From Eledone cirrhosa (Eukaryota), in assembly GCA_964016885.1 (NCBI GenBank), contig OZ024743.1, positions 364,932,001 through 364,996,000 of the forward strand: a DNA stretch of 64,000 bases, written 5' to 3'. Position 1 is the first letter of the stretch; the number at the start of each line of letters is the position of its first letter. Both the position numbers and the translations under genes were made by a program. Below, one piece after another: positions 45,941 through 58,428 of this stretch. The notes below the pieces were generated by a model that saw nothing but the letters and a program-made list of their open reading frames with translations, was not told where the DNA came from and made no database searches.

Positions 45941-47857
45941 ATGAACGCTGCGTCCAACGATAATGGTGGTGGAGAGGCGGTAAGACTACAAAGCTCGCAG
46001 TCAACAACGTCTTCTTCACTAGATACTATAGAGATGGAAAGACAAAATGAAAATAAAAAAACGAATTCACATCCAAACAACACAAATGACACCAAACAGC
46101 TCAATGACAACAAAAATAACAGCAAAACCAATAATGATGATAAAAGCAACAATGATAACAACAACAAAGAAAAAAATAAAGACAACGCCAATAACACCAG
46201 CATCAAAGACAACAACAACACCAAGGAAAATACGGATGATACCAACATCGGTGACAACAAGAATAACAACAAGAATAACAACAATAATGACAACACCACC
46301 AATACGGATTCCACAAAGAAACCAAAAATCTCCTTTGCGGAGAAAGTTCAAAAGAAAGAACAATTGATATATCTCGACATAACAAATGCTGAACACCTTT
46401 TAAAGGACGCTAAGAGATATGTCACCTTCGAAAAAAATGGTGCTTTCAGCATCAATTCTCCGGTAGAAATTCGCAAGGAAACTGCTCTCAAAACGATAGT
46501 TTTTAGGACAGTTTCCAATTCTACCCGAAAACCAGTCCAATTGTCACAGAAAGATATTGAACTGGTTTTCAAAGATTCAATGAATGATATTGCATTCATT
46601 CAAAGAAGCAAACTTTTTGGGAGTATTTCGGTACTGATGAAGGATCAATTGACGGCCCAAAATTACTCTGTGTCGCCAATTGTATCCAACCTGTACACCT
46701 TTTTCCCTACATACATGGGAAAAAGGACACAAAAGATCAGAATCACAAGTGTCACACCAAAGGTGAACATATGGTGGATACTGTGCGGCTTCATCAATTT
46801 TGATGAAGACAGAATACTGTCAGTAGGCAAGTCCCCCAGAGATGTATTCAATGGGACTAGCATTGAAGTTCTGGTGCAAATGAGCCCAGAGCGAATAGCT
46901 ATGATCCCACAGCGTGTACTCCTGGACGGACTTACCTACATAAACCTTTCGGTTGAGGGTAGGCGGCCTTCATGTTACCATTGCTTTAGCAGGGGTCACC
47001 TGAGGGCTTCCTGTCCTAAACTAATGAACCAAAAAAAGGCTCTTCTGCCAACACCCATCAAAACAACACAACCACCAACACCACCACTACAACAACAACA
47101 CCAACACACAAAAATAACCACAACAAACACAGTCCCACCCAACCTCACTCCACCTAAAACCACTGCAAAATCACATACAGACACAACAGCTCCCCAAGAC
47201 ATACCCCTCCCCAATCACACAGACGATACAACAGATGAGGCTATCTCGCCATCACCCAGTGAAGACGAGGGAGAACCCCATCGCTCGAAAAGAAAGAAAA
47301 GACATCACAAAAGCAAAAAACCAGCAAACACTACCACAAACATACAACCACCAACACAAACAACAAAAATATCACAAACAAAACCCCCACCTCCTGAAAA
47401 CAAAATACCTACAACAAAACGAAAGCACACACAAGAACTACAGACAAAAACAAACACAACACAAGAAAATTACACTTACACTTACATAAACACTGAAAAC
47501 AAAACACTAATGGAGACCATTACGAACGACCCTTCGGTTTTCACCGAAGGGAAAACTTTCGCCCACTCTATAAAAAATAGCAAAAAAATGAACCTAAAAC
47601 TGATTAGGGTCCCTATACAAACTTATAGGTCCCTAAAAGAAACATTTGAGAAGGATGTGGGGAATTCCTGCGTGAAACCACTCAACCGCGTCCTTCTCAA
47701 ATGCCTCCCCACCCCAGACACCCCCATTCCACCAGACCCCACCCCACCAAACATCTGCGTCCCCACCCCGCCGGAAACCACCACCCATCCAGACAACCCC
47801 TCCAACACCCCCATGGAAATCGTGCGGCCTGGTCCCCAGGAGGCGAAGGGTGAGTGA
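45941..47857 (+). CDS. LINE ORF1 protein (gag-like, one CCHC zinc knuckle; Asn-rich N-terminus, Thr/Pro-rich C-terminus)
   Basis: 638 aa open ORF; CYHCFSRGHLRASC matches CX2CX4HX4C; homologous decayed ORF1 at 14960-16640 (-). Confidence 0.9.
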   Translation: MNAASNDNGGGEAVRLQSSQSTTSSSLDTIEMERQNENKKTNSHPNNTNDTKQLNDNKNNSKTNNDDKSNNDNNNKEKNKDNANNTSIKDNNNTKENTDDTNIGDNKNNNKNNNNNDNTTNTDSTKKPKISFAEKVQKKEQLIYLDITNAEHLLKDAKRYVTFEKNGAFSINSPVEIRKETALKTIVFRTVSNSTRKPVQLSQKDIELVFKDSMNDIAFIQRSKLFGSISVLMKDQLTAQNYSVSPIVSNLYTFFPTYMGKRTQKIRITSVTPKVNIWWILCGFINFDEDRILSVGKSPRDVFNGTSIEVLVQMSPERIAMIPQRVLLDGLTYINLSVEGRRPSCYHCFSRGHLRASCPKLMNQKKALLPTPIKTTQPPTPPLQQQHQHTKITTTNTVPPNLTPPKTTAKSHTDTTAPQDIPLPNHTDDTTDEAISPSPSEDEGEPHRSKRKKRHHKSKKPANTTTNIQPPTQTTKISQTKPPPPENKIPTTKRKHTQELQTKTNTTQENYTYTYINTENKTLMETITNDPSVFTEGKTFAHSIKNSKKMNLKLIRVPIQTYRSLKETFEKDVGNSCVKPLNRVLLKCLPTPDTPIPPDPTPPNICVPTPPETTTHPDNPSNTPMEIVRPGPQEAKGE

Positions 47858-47890
47858 TCTCTTTTCCTCTTTTAACTTTTCAGCACCAAC

Positions 47891-50800
47891 ATGGCCAATA
47901 TAAGAGTTGGATGTGTGAACGTACGCGGCCTGGGGATGCCCTGGAAACAGGGCAAACTCTTAAACGACCTCAGGTCGCACAGTTTGGATGTGGTAGCCAT
48001 TTGCGAGTCCAGGATCCACGGCGAGCGACAGCTGGCCCCCATCTTCGATGACTTTGAGATCTACGCATCTCTCTGTCAACCGGGGGGTGGGGGCGGAGTT
48101 GCCGTTTTGCTGCGGAAACACCTGGGCCTCGTAACACAGACGGTACATCTGGACCCGGAGGGTCGACTGGTGGTCCTAGACGTTGACGGTAGTGAAGGTG
48201 GAGCGTTCAGGCTGGTGGCCGCATATGCCCCATCCGGGACACCGCGGCCAGACTTCTTCAAACGTCTAGAGACTTTTCTGGGAACGTCCCGCTCCTTGCT
48301 TTTAGTGGGGGACTGGAATGGAATCCTAGATGCACGTTGGGACTATGTGGGAGCATGTCCCGATAAAGGGGGGTGTAACAGCCTCAAACAGTTAATCGAC
48401 CGATTTGACCTGGCCGATAGATATCGACTAGATTTTCCGACTGCGCCACTGTGGACGTGGAGTAATCGTAGCGGAACATCTAGATCGTACCTAGATAGGG
48501 TTCTAGTTAGAAATAAGGATAGGGACATGTTAAGCTGTCCACAAATGTTCATGGTTGCCTATTCAGATCACAAACTAGTGACCTGCATGGCCAACCTTGA
48601 TAGAACCCATAGACAAGGACCCGGCTACTGGAAGCTGAACTTGTCGTTACCGACAAGCAAAGCCTACAGTAGACGGATTAGCACTTTAGTTAAACAGCAC
48701 TTGACAGGGGCCATTGTCAACAACAGATGGTGGTACTCTCTCAAGAGGGCAGTTAGATTAGACTCGATAGTTTTTAGTAAAGAATTAGCGTTAGATAGAA
48801 ATAGAACCGAGAAGGAACTGGTAGATAAAGTAGAAGAGGCTATTAGAAGTGGCAACGTAGCCAGCGTGCTAGCAACGAGAACGGCCTTGGACCAGTTCTT
48901 CGACGCAAAGCACGAGGGCTGCGTTGTCAGAAGCAAAATACGTGCTCTGGGAAACGAGGGAGCCAAAGCTGTTAGCTGGGCCCGAGTGACGGAGGCAAAA
49001 AGTGGCAACAAGTCCACGATTCGGTCTTTGAAGGACCAAAACGGACGCGTGATACGTGAGCCGAAGCAGATGTGTGCGGCTTTTCAGCGGCACTTTGCTC
49101 GGCTGTTCGGGGGGAGCGGCGCGCCGGGAGAGGCTATGGATTTCGGTCCATACCTCGACGGCCTACCGCGACTCTCGGACAGCGAGGCGAAGTTCTGCGA
49201 AAAGCCGATTTCAGCCACTGAGATAGGGGACGCGCTGAGCCAATGCGGCAAACGCAAATCTCCAGGTCTCGACGGTCTACCCTACGAATTTTACGTAGCA
49301 ATGCCGGACTTATTCTCCGGTCTCCTGGAAGCGGTCTACTGCAACTGGCAACAGAACGGGAGAATTCCCAATTCTGTAACCGGGGGCGTGGTCACACTAA
49401 TCAGGAAGGACGAGAATAAGGGGGATGACATAGGCAACTTCCGGCCCATAACTCTGCTAAACACAGAGTTACAGATTTTGGCCAAGGTGTTGGCAAAGAG
49501 GCTGGCGCTTGTCGTCGAGAACCTGGTGGGAGAAGCGCAGACATGCGCGATCCCGACCAGGTCCATACACGACAACCTCCACCTCATGCGATACATCATA
49601 GAGAGGGTAGGGTGTAAACCCGGCTTCGGTGGGGCCCTGATCAACTTGGATCAGTCTAAGGCTTTCGATAGGGTTGACCATCGTTACCTGGATGCGGTGC
49701 TCGAGGCGGCAGGCTTCGGACCCGTGTTCAGGGGCTGGATTGCTGCAATGCACAACAGCAACATCTGCTCAAGGGTCAAGGTGAACGGTTACCTCTCGGA
49801 GCCGTTCCATATTACGCGATCCATTCGACAGGGATGCCCTCTCTCCTCCCTTCTGTACGTACTGACTCTCGAGCCACTACTGCGGAAGCTGGAGCTATTG
49901 CAGGGCATCCCTCTGGAACCGGGACTGCGGAAAGCGGCGTCGGCCTACGCCGACGACGTGACAGTAATGGTGTCGAGCGCCTCGCAAATCGAGGAAGTCG
50001 GCACCTTACTAAAGGAATACGAAAGTCTCACAGGAGCGAAGCTGAACCGGGACAAGTCCATCGGTTTGCAACTCGGATCGTGGAGAGGCAGACCGATGCC
50101 TTCCGATGGCGTCGTCGGACGCTGGACGGAAGGACCGGTAAAGCTGCTCGGGGTCTGGTTTGGTCCGGACCTCCAGGTGGAGAAGAACTGGAACGAAGTG
50201 ACGGCCAAGGTGTTTGCACTCACCCAGAAGTGGGCCGAGTGCAAACTATCCTTGAAAGGTCGAGCGGAGGTGGCGAACACTTTTATAGCGTCCGCCATCT
50301 ACTACCGCTTGACCGTCGTGCCTTGTCCAGCCAAAACGCTCGCCAAAATGGAGCGCGCCCTCTTCCGATTCCTTTGGAAGAGGCGGGCTCCTTTGGTAAG
50401 AAGATCCATCTGCTGCCAACACCCTTCTAACGGAGGGCTGGGGATGCCGTGGTTGACGATGCGCAAACACGCGCTCAGGCTGCGGCATCTCTACGTATTC
50501 CTCACCGGACAACCGGTGTGGGCCCCGTTCGTGAGGCGAGCCTTCCCACGACTCGTCTCGCTGACCGAGCTGCAGTCCTGGGTCAAGCAGAGACCGAGGA
50601 AAATGGGCGACTGGCACATCGAATGTGCTCAGGCGCTCACAGCCCTCTGGCAGGCGGACCCGGCGATCAGTGGAGACTCCACTTCGTCATTCTATAGAGG
50701 GTTGGTCCGCAGCAAGTGCGACGACGCGCTCGGTGAAACTCTAGGCGTGGAGGAAGATGAACTGGCCAGTCTGTTCGGTAGGACCTTCCGCCCGGGACCG

Positions 50801-51328
50801 ATGGACAACTTCCAAAAGTCCCTGGCCTGGCAGTGCTACCGAGGAGCTCTACCAGTTCGAGACAAGCTCTACAGACATGGGCGCCCGGGCAGGGACCCTG
50901 CAAAAAAGATCTGTCCGAGGTGCGTGCGAGACGAAGAAACCGTCGCGCACGCATTCATACACTGCCCGGGCGTCACTGACCTGTGGGGCTATGTGGAACG
51001 ACTATTGTCGCGGGTGGGACCAATCCAGTTGACCACCGAGTCCATTGTCATGATCAAACCGCCACCCTCCTTCAAAAACGAAGGAGAGCGGGTTTTCCTT
51101 TGTGTGATAGCTATGGCGAAAGAGGTTGTATGGTGGACAAGGTTGAAAGGGCTGAGGTCAGACACCTTTCTCTCCGGCCAACAACTGATTCTTTTTTTCA
51201 AATACCACTTTGGAAGAAGAATCAGGATGGAGAGAGAGGTGCTGTACCCCAGCAAGTTTTATGAAAGGTGGGTGAAAGTGGCGAGAATGGCCCGAGTGAA
51301 TGGGCCTTCTCTCTATATCAGCCTGTAG
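47891..51328 (+). CDS. LINE ORF2: APE endonuclease, reverse transcriptase and C-terminal zinc finger
   Basis: 1145 aa; NVRGL, VGDWN, YLDRV, SDH (APE); GPGYWKLN linker; KSPGLDGL, FRPITLLN, DQSKAFDRVDH, RQGCPLS, YADD (RT); CPRC...ETVAHAFIHC. Confidence 0.96.
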   Translation: MANIRVGCVNVRGLGMPWKQGKLLNDLRSHSLDVVAICESRIHGERQLAPIFDDFEIYASLCQPGGGGGVAVLLRKHLGLVTQTVHLDPEGRLVVLDVDGSEGGAFRLVAAYAPSGTPRPDFFKRLETFLGTSRSLLLVGDWNGILDARWDYVGACPDKGGCNSLKQLIDRFDLADRYRLDFPTAPLWTWSNRSGTSRSYLDRVLVRNKDRDMLSCPQMFMVAYSDHKLVTCMANLDRTHRQGPGYWKLNLSLPTSKAYSRRISTLVKQHLTGAIVNNRWWYSLKRAVRLDSIVFSKELALDRNRTEKELVDKVEEAIRSGNVASVLATRTALDQFFDAKHEGCVVRSKIRALGNEGAKAVSWARVTEAKSGNKSTIRSLKDQNGRVIREPKQMCAAFQRHFARLFGGSGAPGEAMDFGPYLDGLPRLSDSEAKFCEKPISATEIGDALSQCGKRKSPGLDGLPYEFYVAMPDLFSGLLEAVYCNWQQNGRIPNSVTGGVVTLIRKDENKGDDIGNFRPITLLNTELQILAKVLAKRLALVVENLVGEAQTCAIPTRSIHDNLHLMRYIIERVGCKPGFGGALINLDQSKAFDRVDHRYLDAVLEAAGFGPVFRGWIAAMHNSNICSRVKVNGYLSEPFHITRSIRQGCPLSSLLYVLTLEPLLRKLELLQGIPLEPGLRKAASAYADDVTVMVSSASQIEEVGTLLKEYESLTGAKLNRDKSIGLQLGSWRGRPMPSDGVVGRWTEGPVKLLGVWFGPDLQVEKNWNEVTAKVFALTQKWAECKLSLKGRAEVANTFIASAIYYRLTVVPCPAKTLAKMERALFRFLWKRRAPLVRRSICCQHPSNGGLGMPWLTMRKHALRLRHLYVFLTGQPVWAPFVRRAFPRLVSLTELQSWVKQRPRKMGDWHIECAQALTALWQADPAISGDSTSSFYRGLVRSKCDDALGETLGVEEDELASLFGRTFRPGPMDNFQKSLAWQCYRGALPVRDKLYRHGRPGRDPAKKICPRCVRDEETVAHAFIHCPGVTDLWGYVERLLSRVGPIQLTTESIVMIKPPPSFKNEGERVFLCVIAMAKEVVWWTRLKGLRSDTFLSGQQLILFFKYHFGRRIRMEREVLYPSKFYERWVKVARMARVNGPSLYISL

Positions 51329-51615
51329 GTTGAGGAAAAGGAGGAGGAGAGGAAAGGAGTACAAGCTCTTCGTACTCCTGGAGATGAGGGTTGCACATTT
51401 TTTTCGGGGGTCTGTGTTACCCATATAAACTGTCTCCCTCTATTGGGGAAAATCGACTAACTTTTAAATTCCATCTGTGATAACATTTTACACGTTTTTA
51501 TTGTATGTAAACTTCCCCCTTTGTATTTGTCCCCTTCTTTTGTGCCCCTGTGGCTAATAAAGAAATATATCTATCTATCTATCTGTATGTCTGTCTATCT
51601 CTTTATCTATCTATG

Positions 51616-52197
51616 TGGAACTACGCAGAACAACTGCTGTCGCGTGTGGGACAAATCCAGTTGACTGCCGAGTCCATAGTATGGATCAAACCGCCACTTT
51701 TATTTCCTCTGTATAGTGGCTATGGTGAAAGAGCTTATATGGTGGACAAGGTAGAGAAGACTGAGGACAGATGCCTTTCTTCCAGGAGAGCAACTCATTC
51801 CCTTCTTTAGGTACCACTTTAGAAGGAGAATCGGAGTGGAGAGAGAGGTACTGCACCCCAGTAAATTTACTGAAAGGTGGGTGAATGTAGCGAGAATGGC
51901 CCGAGTGATTGGTCCTTCTCTGTATATAAACCTGTAGGTTGAAGAAGAGAGCGAAAGGAAGAAAGGATCACTTGCACAACATGCTCCTGGAGTTGAGGGT
52001 TGTTCTAGCTACGGGGTATAAAGCAACCCATTTGTAATGCCTCCCCCTATTGGGGATTTCGATTGTTTTATTTTCATGTTAAAACTTTTTTACACGACTG
52101 TATGTAAAATTCCCGCATGTATCTTTGTATTGTCCCCTTTTCTTGTACGCCCTTGTGGCAGATAAAGAAATATATCTATGTATCTATCTATCTATCT
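51616..52197 (+). mobile_element. Older, diverged 5'-truncated Tx1 copy with a (TATC)n tail
   Basis: Homologous to the ORF2 C-terminus and 3'UTR with many substitutions and a deletion; ends GATAAAGAAATA-TATC. Confidence 0.88.
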
Positions 52198-52287
52198 AGC
52201 TAGCTTCCTTTGTATTTCTAATTATATAACTATCTATCCATCCATCCATTCATTCATCTATCTTCCTTTTTTCAGCTCGTGTATAAT

Positions 52288-52550
52288 ATATATGTGATGG
52301 GATGTGATTGGATGGTGGAAGAAATGTTTTGAAAGAAATGTGATAGGTGAAATATGATGTAGGAAATGTGATGGGAGAAAAGTGATGCAAGGAATGTGAT
52401 AGAAATTTATTGTAAGACATGTGATAGGAGAAACGTGATTGGTGAAATGTTATGAGAGAAGTGTGATGGGTGAAATCTGACGGATTAATCATGATGGGTG
52501 AAATGTAAATAAATAAATATATTTGATTGAAGAAATGTGATGGAAGATGT
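52288..52550. repeat. Degenerate 14-bp minisatellite (GAAATGTGATGGGW)
   Basis: Recurrent GAAATGTGAT. Confidence 0.65.
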
Positions 52551-53229
52551 CATAAAAGACTAGTATGTTGTGCGATATTTTGAACAAAGACATATAACAG
52601 ACATAGGAAGGAAGACATATTTTATGATAATAAAATGATCCACCTTATCTAAGCGATGAAGTATCTAGGTAAAAGGTCTATAATATATAACCACCTGCTT
52701 AAGAATTCTTAAGATATTCAGAAGAAAGAACTTTTTTATTGTAATACAACCAGATTTTAAAATGAATGTGGGAGAACTGGTAGGTGTTTAGTAATAAATA
52801 AACATTAAATCATTCAATTATATATGAGAATCTTATAGTAGCAAATTACTTAAAGATAGGAGTGGAAATTGAAACTCATACATAAATATTATTTACAATT
52901 GTTCATAAATCTCCAGTATAACCAACTAAGAATAATAAATAGTTAGACAAAAGAAATATCTAAGGCGACTATGCTCTACGTGGGCCACTCTATCTGCTAG
53001 AAATAGCAGATATATTTCCCTCAAATCATGACATTCTGTCTTTATAAAATTAAATGCAATCCTAGACACATTTTATCTGAAATACTATTCATAATTATGT
53101 TCCAGCTGGGTTGACACAGGAATCAACAATAGGTGTTTTGGATCAGGTTGTACTCTAGGCTTCATTGCATTTTTCAGGATTAAATGTCCACTAATTTGGC
53201 CCGGAGAAAGAGACTGAGCCGACAACCTT

Positions 53230-53720
53230 TGTAGGTATTTTGTGTCACATGATATTAACGTAGTTGATTTTCTTCAACAGCTGACTGTTGATAAAACACG
53301 AGGGAAGAGCGACGTTCTGAGGGGGGAAAGACTGGGTAAAAGTAGATACTGCTGGAACTGGATTAGAGGAAACAAGAGAAGGAGAGGTGAATGAGCTGGG
53401 TAGGCCTGAATAGAACAAATGTCCTTGTAGCGGTGAAAAAGGCAGAGTGAGATGATACACGTCTGTAAGCTAGAGGTTGGTGACTGAATCGTGTGAACTT
53501 GATATGCGATTTTGAATGTTTGAATAGAAGATAAATCGAATGCTGCAATATTCAAGTTACATGTTCTTCAAATTAGTAGTGTAAGTTATTTTAATTACTG
53601 TTTAGTCAGAGAAAGAAGAGCAGCGCTCAGGGTCCTGAGACTGGAAGGAGGAGGTTATCCTCAATTAAGAAGCCTGGTCCAAATGCTTGCAACAAAGTGG
53701 ACTCCGCTTTTAAGGGTCAG
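53230..53720 (-). mobile_element. Possible decayed LINE endonuclease N-terminal remnant
   Basis: Weak translated resemblance only. Confidence 0.25.
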
Positions 53721-54277
53721 GAGGTGAAGTTAAAAACTGGACTAAGGATTAAGTCTACCATCAAAGAAAGGCCAGAGCAAGATTTGAATCTAGAATGAAG
53801 AGAGTCGGAATAAAAACCTGCAAGACATCTCGTCTGACGTTATTTGTTCACCGCCTTAGACTCGTACTTTATTTTCTCTAGTTCGGAAGGATAAAAGGTG
53901 GTGTTTAAATTTAAAGTGCAAAGAGCTGGAACAAATAACGTAAGACATTTTGTTATACGGTCTATTGATGCTTTAAATTCAAAACGCTTCGTCAAATTGA
54001 AATACTGCAACAGGCATGTATGTTTCTCTCAAATTACCAGGATAAGTGAAGTATAATGACTTCATGGGAGAATCGAAAGCTAGCCGCAGTCTCGGTTTAC
54101 CTGAAACTGAAGTTTTCTAATTCATACAACACTACTTATGAAAAAAACTATTTAAATTCTATTATATTTCTTGAGGCAGCCATTTTTCACATTTAAGAGT
54201 GTTCTAAATTCTCTTGTAAGTCTTTATATTCAGTCTTATAACGAAATCATTCCCCATGTCAGAGTTGGAATGACTGA

Positions 54278-54690
54278 TATGTATATACACACACACACAT
54301 ATACATTATATATATATATAGATATATATAATGTATATGTGTGTGTGTGTGTATATACATATATATATATATACACACACACATATATATATATATATAC
54401 ACACACACATACATATATATACACACACACATACATATATATACACACACACATACATATATATATATACACACACACATACATATATATATATACACAC
54501 ACATACATATATATACACACACACATACATATATATATATACACACACACATACATATATACACACACACACACACATATATATATATACACACACACAC
54601 ACATATATATATACACACACACATATATATATATACACACACACATATATATATACACACACACACATATATATATACACACACACACAC

Positions 54691-54722
<32 letters not shown>
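54278..54722. repeat. Compound (TA)n(CA)n tract
   Basis: Read directly. Confidence 0.95.
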
Positions 54723-54726
<4 letters not shown>

Positions 54727-55006
54727 TATGTATGTGTGTCTATGTGTGTTTCTGTGAGTGTGTATAAATCAACAAATCCTATTGAAATAGAATTAATGGT
54801 AATATGAGATAACTGGTTAAACAAATGACTTTTAACTAATGAGTTTTTTTATGTTTTACATTTTTCTAAGTGTTAACAAACTATGTAAAAGAATAATTAA
54901 GGAACAGAATATACTCCCTATAAAAACACACATAAACGTATCTATTTATCTATCTATCCTCTCCCTCTCTCTCTATCTCTCTCTATATATATATGTATAT
55001 ATGTGT

Positions 55007-55095
55007 AATAATAATTGTTTCTACTTTAGGCACAAGGCCAGCAATTACCCAGTGCATTACTGGTACTTTATTTTATCGACCCCGTAAGGATGAAA
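55007..55095 (-). mobile_element. 5'-truncated SINE, same family
   Basis: 3' half only. Confidence 0.8.
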
Positions 55096-55176
55096 TAATG
55101 TGTAATAATAATTAGAGTTTATATATATGTATATATAATAGCAGCAGCTAAATCTTCAGTTTGAAACTGCCCACCC

Positions 55177-55207
<31 letters not shown>

Positions 55208-55341
55208 CATACATACATGCATACATACATACATACATACATACATACACAGATACCACTGTCATTTGAATAAATATGGTTTTTTCTCTCCTTTTTTTTT
55301 CATCTGAGCCCGTTTTCTTCTCTCATAAAAACCGCCTTTTC

Positions 55342-55377
55342 TTTTCAGATGAAGGACAAACATCTGAAACGCTAAAA
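55342..55377 (+). ncRNA. Degenerate minimal hammerhead (core mutated)
   Basis: UUUU-CAGAUGA-A-GGA-caaaca-UCU-GAAAC-GCU-AAAA, same layout as 59482-59517. Confidence 0.45.
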
Positions 55378-55380
55378 TAT

Positions 55381-55470
<90 letters not shown>

Positions 55471-55722
55471 ATATAACGGTATGAAAACCCCTGATAAGAA
55501 GTGAAATATTGAGAGGATGCTCGCCGCACATCAGGACGGCTTTATGCAGTTTCTGTCTCGCAGATTCTCCTCCCTCAGGCACTGGTCAACTCAAGTCTAT
55601 AATAGAAGACATTTGCTCAAGGTGGTACACAGCAAGAGTGAAACCAGAACAAACTGGTGGTGAAGCGGACTCCTTAACCACTCAACCATATACATGTGTA
55701 CATATGTATATATATATATATA

Positions 55723-55830
<108 letters not shown>

Positions 55831-55841
55831 GGAGAGAGAGA

Positions 55842-55889
<48 letters not shown>

Positions 55890-56505
55890 GGAGGAGAGAG
55901 AGGGAGAGAGAGAGAGAGGGAGAGAGAGAGAGAGGGAGAGAGAGAGAGAGAGAATTAGAGAAGTGGGGTCATGTGAGCATTTAGGATTGCTGGGTTTAAT
56001 CGGTTTTAAGTTCTGTGTAATACTAGCCTGTGTTTTTCTTTGCACTGAAAATGTATCAACTTCTATGTCAAGAGACAAATTATTAATGCATGATTGCTTA
56101 TATACAAATGTATGTATCTATGTATGTATGTACATACGTACGTACGTACGTTTGTATGTATGTATCTATATATGTATGTATACACACGCACGCACACAGA
56201 CACACAGCTATATATATATATATATATTCATGTAGAAATGACTTCTACAAAACTAAGACTGTTTCATTCTTCTGAAATCCGTTCTCTACTAATGAGTTGA
56301 ATACCTTATTTAAAAGGGGGTCCCTTTCGCTCCTATTTGGCAAACATTTTAAAATTATATATATTATGAAAGGTACGTTCAACTTTTATAACCCTATTTT
56401 CATGGCTAGACTAAGATTTTACAGAAAATCTAAGTCTAGTCCTGAATGGTAAGGTAGCCTTATCATATTTGAATATATGATTCATAATAGATAAATTCTG
56501 TTACA

Positions 56506-56583
<78 letters not shown>

Positions 56584-57030
56584 TTTCTTCTTGACTCTCA
56601 CGCTACACACCCACATGCGTGCCTACGCGCACGCACACACTGAGGGACACACATATTGTCCTTAACCAATTATTTAATCGAGATAAATTAGACGAAATAC
56701 AAGAATGTTCGAATGGAATATGGACAGGGAAGATAAAATGTTAGAGACAAAAATACAAACCCATATAGGTTTGAGTGAATCTGATATTGAGGGAACCTAG
56801 CCCCTAGTTTGTCTTATTACACGCTAGCGGAAATCGATAAAACATGTACCATTAATATACTAATATCGATTCACTCATATATACTCTCCTCTTTACAAAA
56901 AAAATCACATTACTTTGTGCAAATAAATCATCTTTATTACTTTTGATTTTGTTGATGACATTGTTGTGCTTTCTGTATAACATGAGCTATATCATATATA
57001 TATACACACACGCACACATATTTATATATT

Positions 57031-57063
<33 letters not shown>

Positions 57064-57214
57064 CAGAATGGAAGCGGTAAAAACCAGTTAGACCATTACT
57101 CACCAGAGTACTCGATACTTGGGGTAGTAGAGTGGGTAATATGAAAAATTCGGGGCCCCGATGGCTGAGCTCCTACCGTTTCAACAGCTAGATCCGAATG
57201 TTTCATATTTATAT

Positions 57215-58110
57215 ATATGTAGCAAGACAGAGGATCAGATCACCCTCACTGCACACTTCATAGATGTACTGAAGACGAACATCCACAATGAATTGACTTA
57301 AGAATCGAAGGCGCCGCAGACATAAGACCTCCTCTAACACCTGCTTCATGAAATTATCACATTTCAGCGAAAGCATAACCACAGCCATCCGTAGAGATAT
57401 CCGCAAAGAAGGACTGGACATACAGTTAGCACACTCCGGCCCTTCACTGCGTGGATATCTATCTCAAAAGCAATCCAGAGACAACAACAATCAATGCTCG
57501 CTGACTAACTGCCTATCTGCAATACTGGTATGTGCCAGCGGACACATGAGGTATTCCAGATCGAATGCAACAAATGTAAGGTGTTCTACATTGGTAGCAC
57601 AACTCGAGCACTCCACACTTGCATTAAAGAACACCTCAACACACGCGTATCTTCATTCAAAAACACATTGAAAAATGTAGAAACACCAACCAACATATTA
57701 CCGTCACCATTAAAGCCAGTGATAGAAATGTGGGAAACTTAAGAATTAAGGAAGCCGTGCTCATACGTAGACTCAACCCGCAAATGAATAATAGATTAGA
57801 ACTCGGCACACAGTACTTGACATAAAAAGACACACCTACAGGCACACAAACTAAATATCTCATACAAAAAAGAAAATTAATTTCGCGAAATACTATATTG
57901 GCAATTGACGTCATTTGACGTGGAAAGCGAAGTAACCATGGAAAAACGCATGAAAACGACTTAGAAAAAAATTTAAATCAAAATCAAAATTCTATCCCAA
58001 AGAGAGGAAATTGTAACATTATCCACTGAAGGGTCCTTAAACCCTGATAAAGGGACATTTAGGTCCCGGACAGATAAAAGAACAACAAAACAAAGGTTAC
58101 CGGGTAACTT
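57215..58110 (+). mobile_element. Penelope-like element 3' part (GIY-YIG endonuclease), decayed
   Basis: EVFQIECNKCKVFYIGSTTRALHTCIKEH; degenerate hammerhead-like motif downstream at 58044-58071. Confidence 0.8.
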
Positions 58111-58428
58111 TTACTTTTCGTTATCTCATCTTACAGTACATTTTGCATTGTTCAGCCTTCTATCTCCTTCCACGTTATATATTATATACAATGATTCAAG
58201 CAAGCTATAACATTTTATTATAAATATATAAATATAAATATATATAAATATATAAATATATACATAAGTAGAAGAGGTATTTAATTTGTTGGAAGTCCGA
58301 CAAATATAAATGTTTATAACTGATTTAGAGCACTCCACAGAAACGGGAGTAAATATTCAATGATATCCAGTGAATATCCAACCGATAAGGTATGATTTTC
58401 ATGGTATGTCTATTTATAAAACAAACTG

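Larger units (their letters stand above)
45721..51584 (+). mobile_element. Full-length, apparently intact Tx1-group (L1 clade) non-LTR retrotransposon in a (TATC)n tract
   Basis: About 220 nt 5'UTR, two open ORFs, 3'UTR ending AATAAAGAAATA followed by (TATC)n; TATC repeats on both flanks. Confidence 0.93.

Noticed and set aside
47855-47890. ORF1-ORF2 fusion by stop readthrough or by a 34-nt intron
   Set aside because: There is a second in-frame stop (TAA) in the spacer, and removing 34 nt shifts the frame
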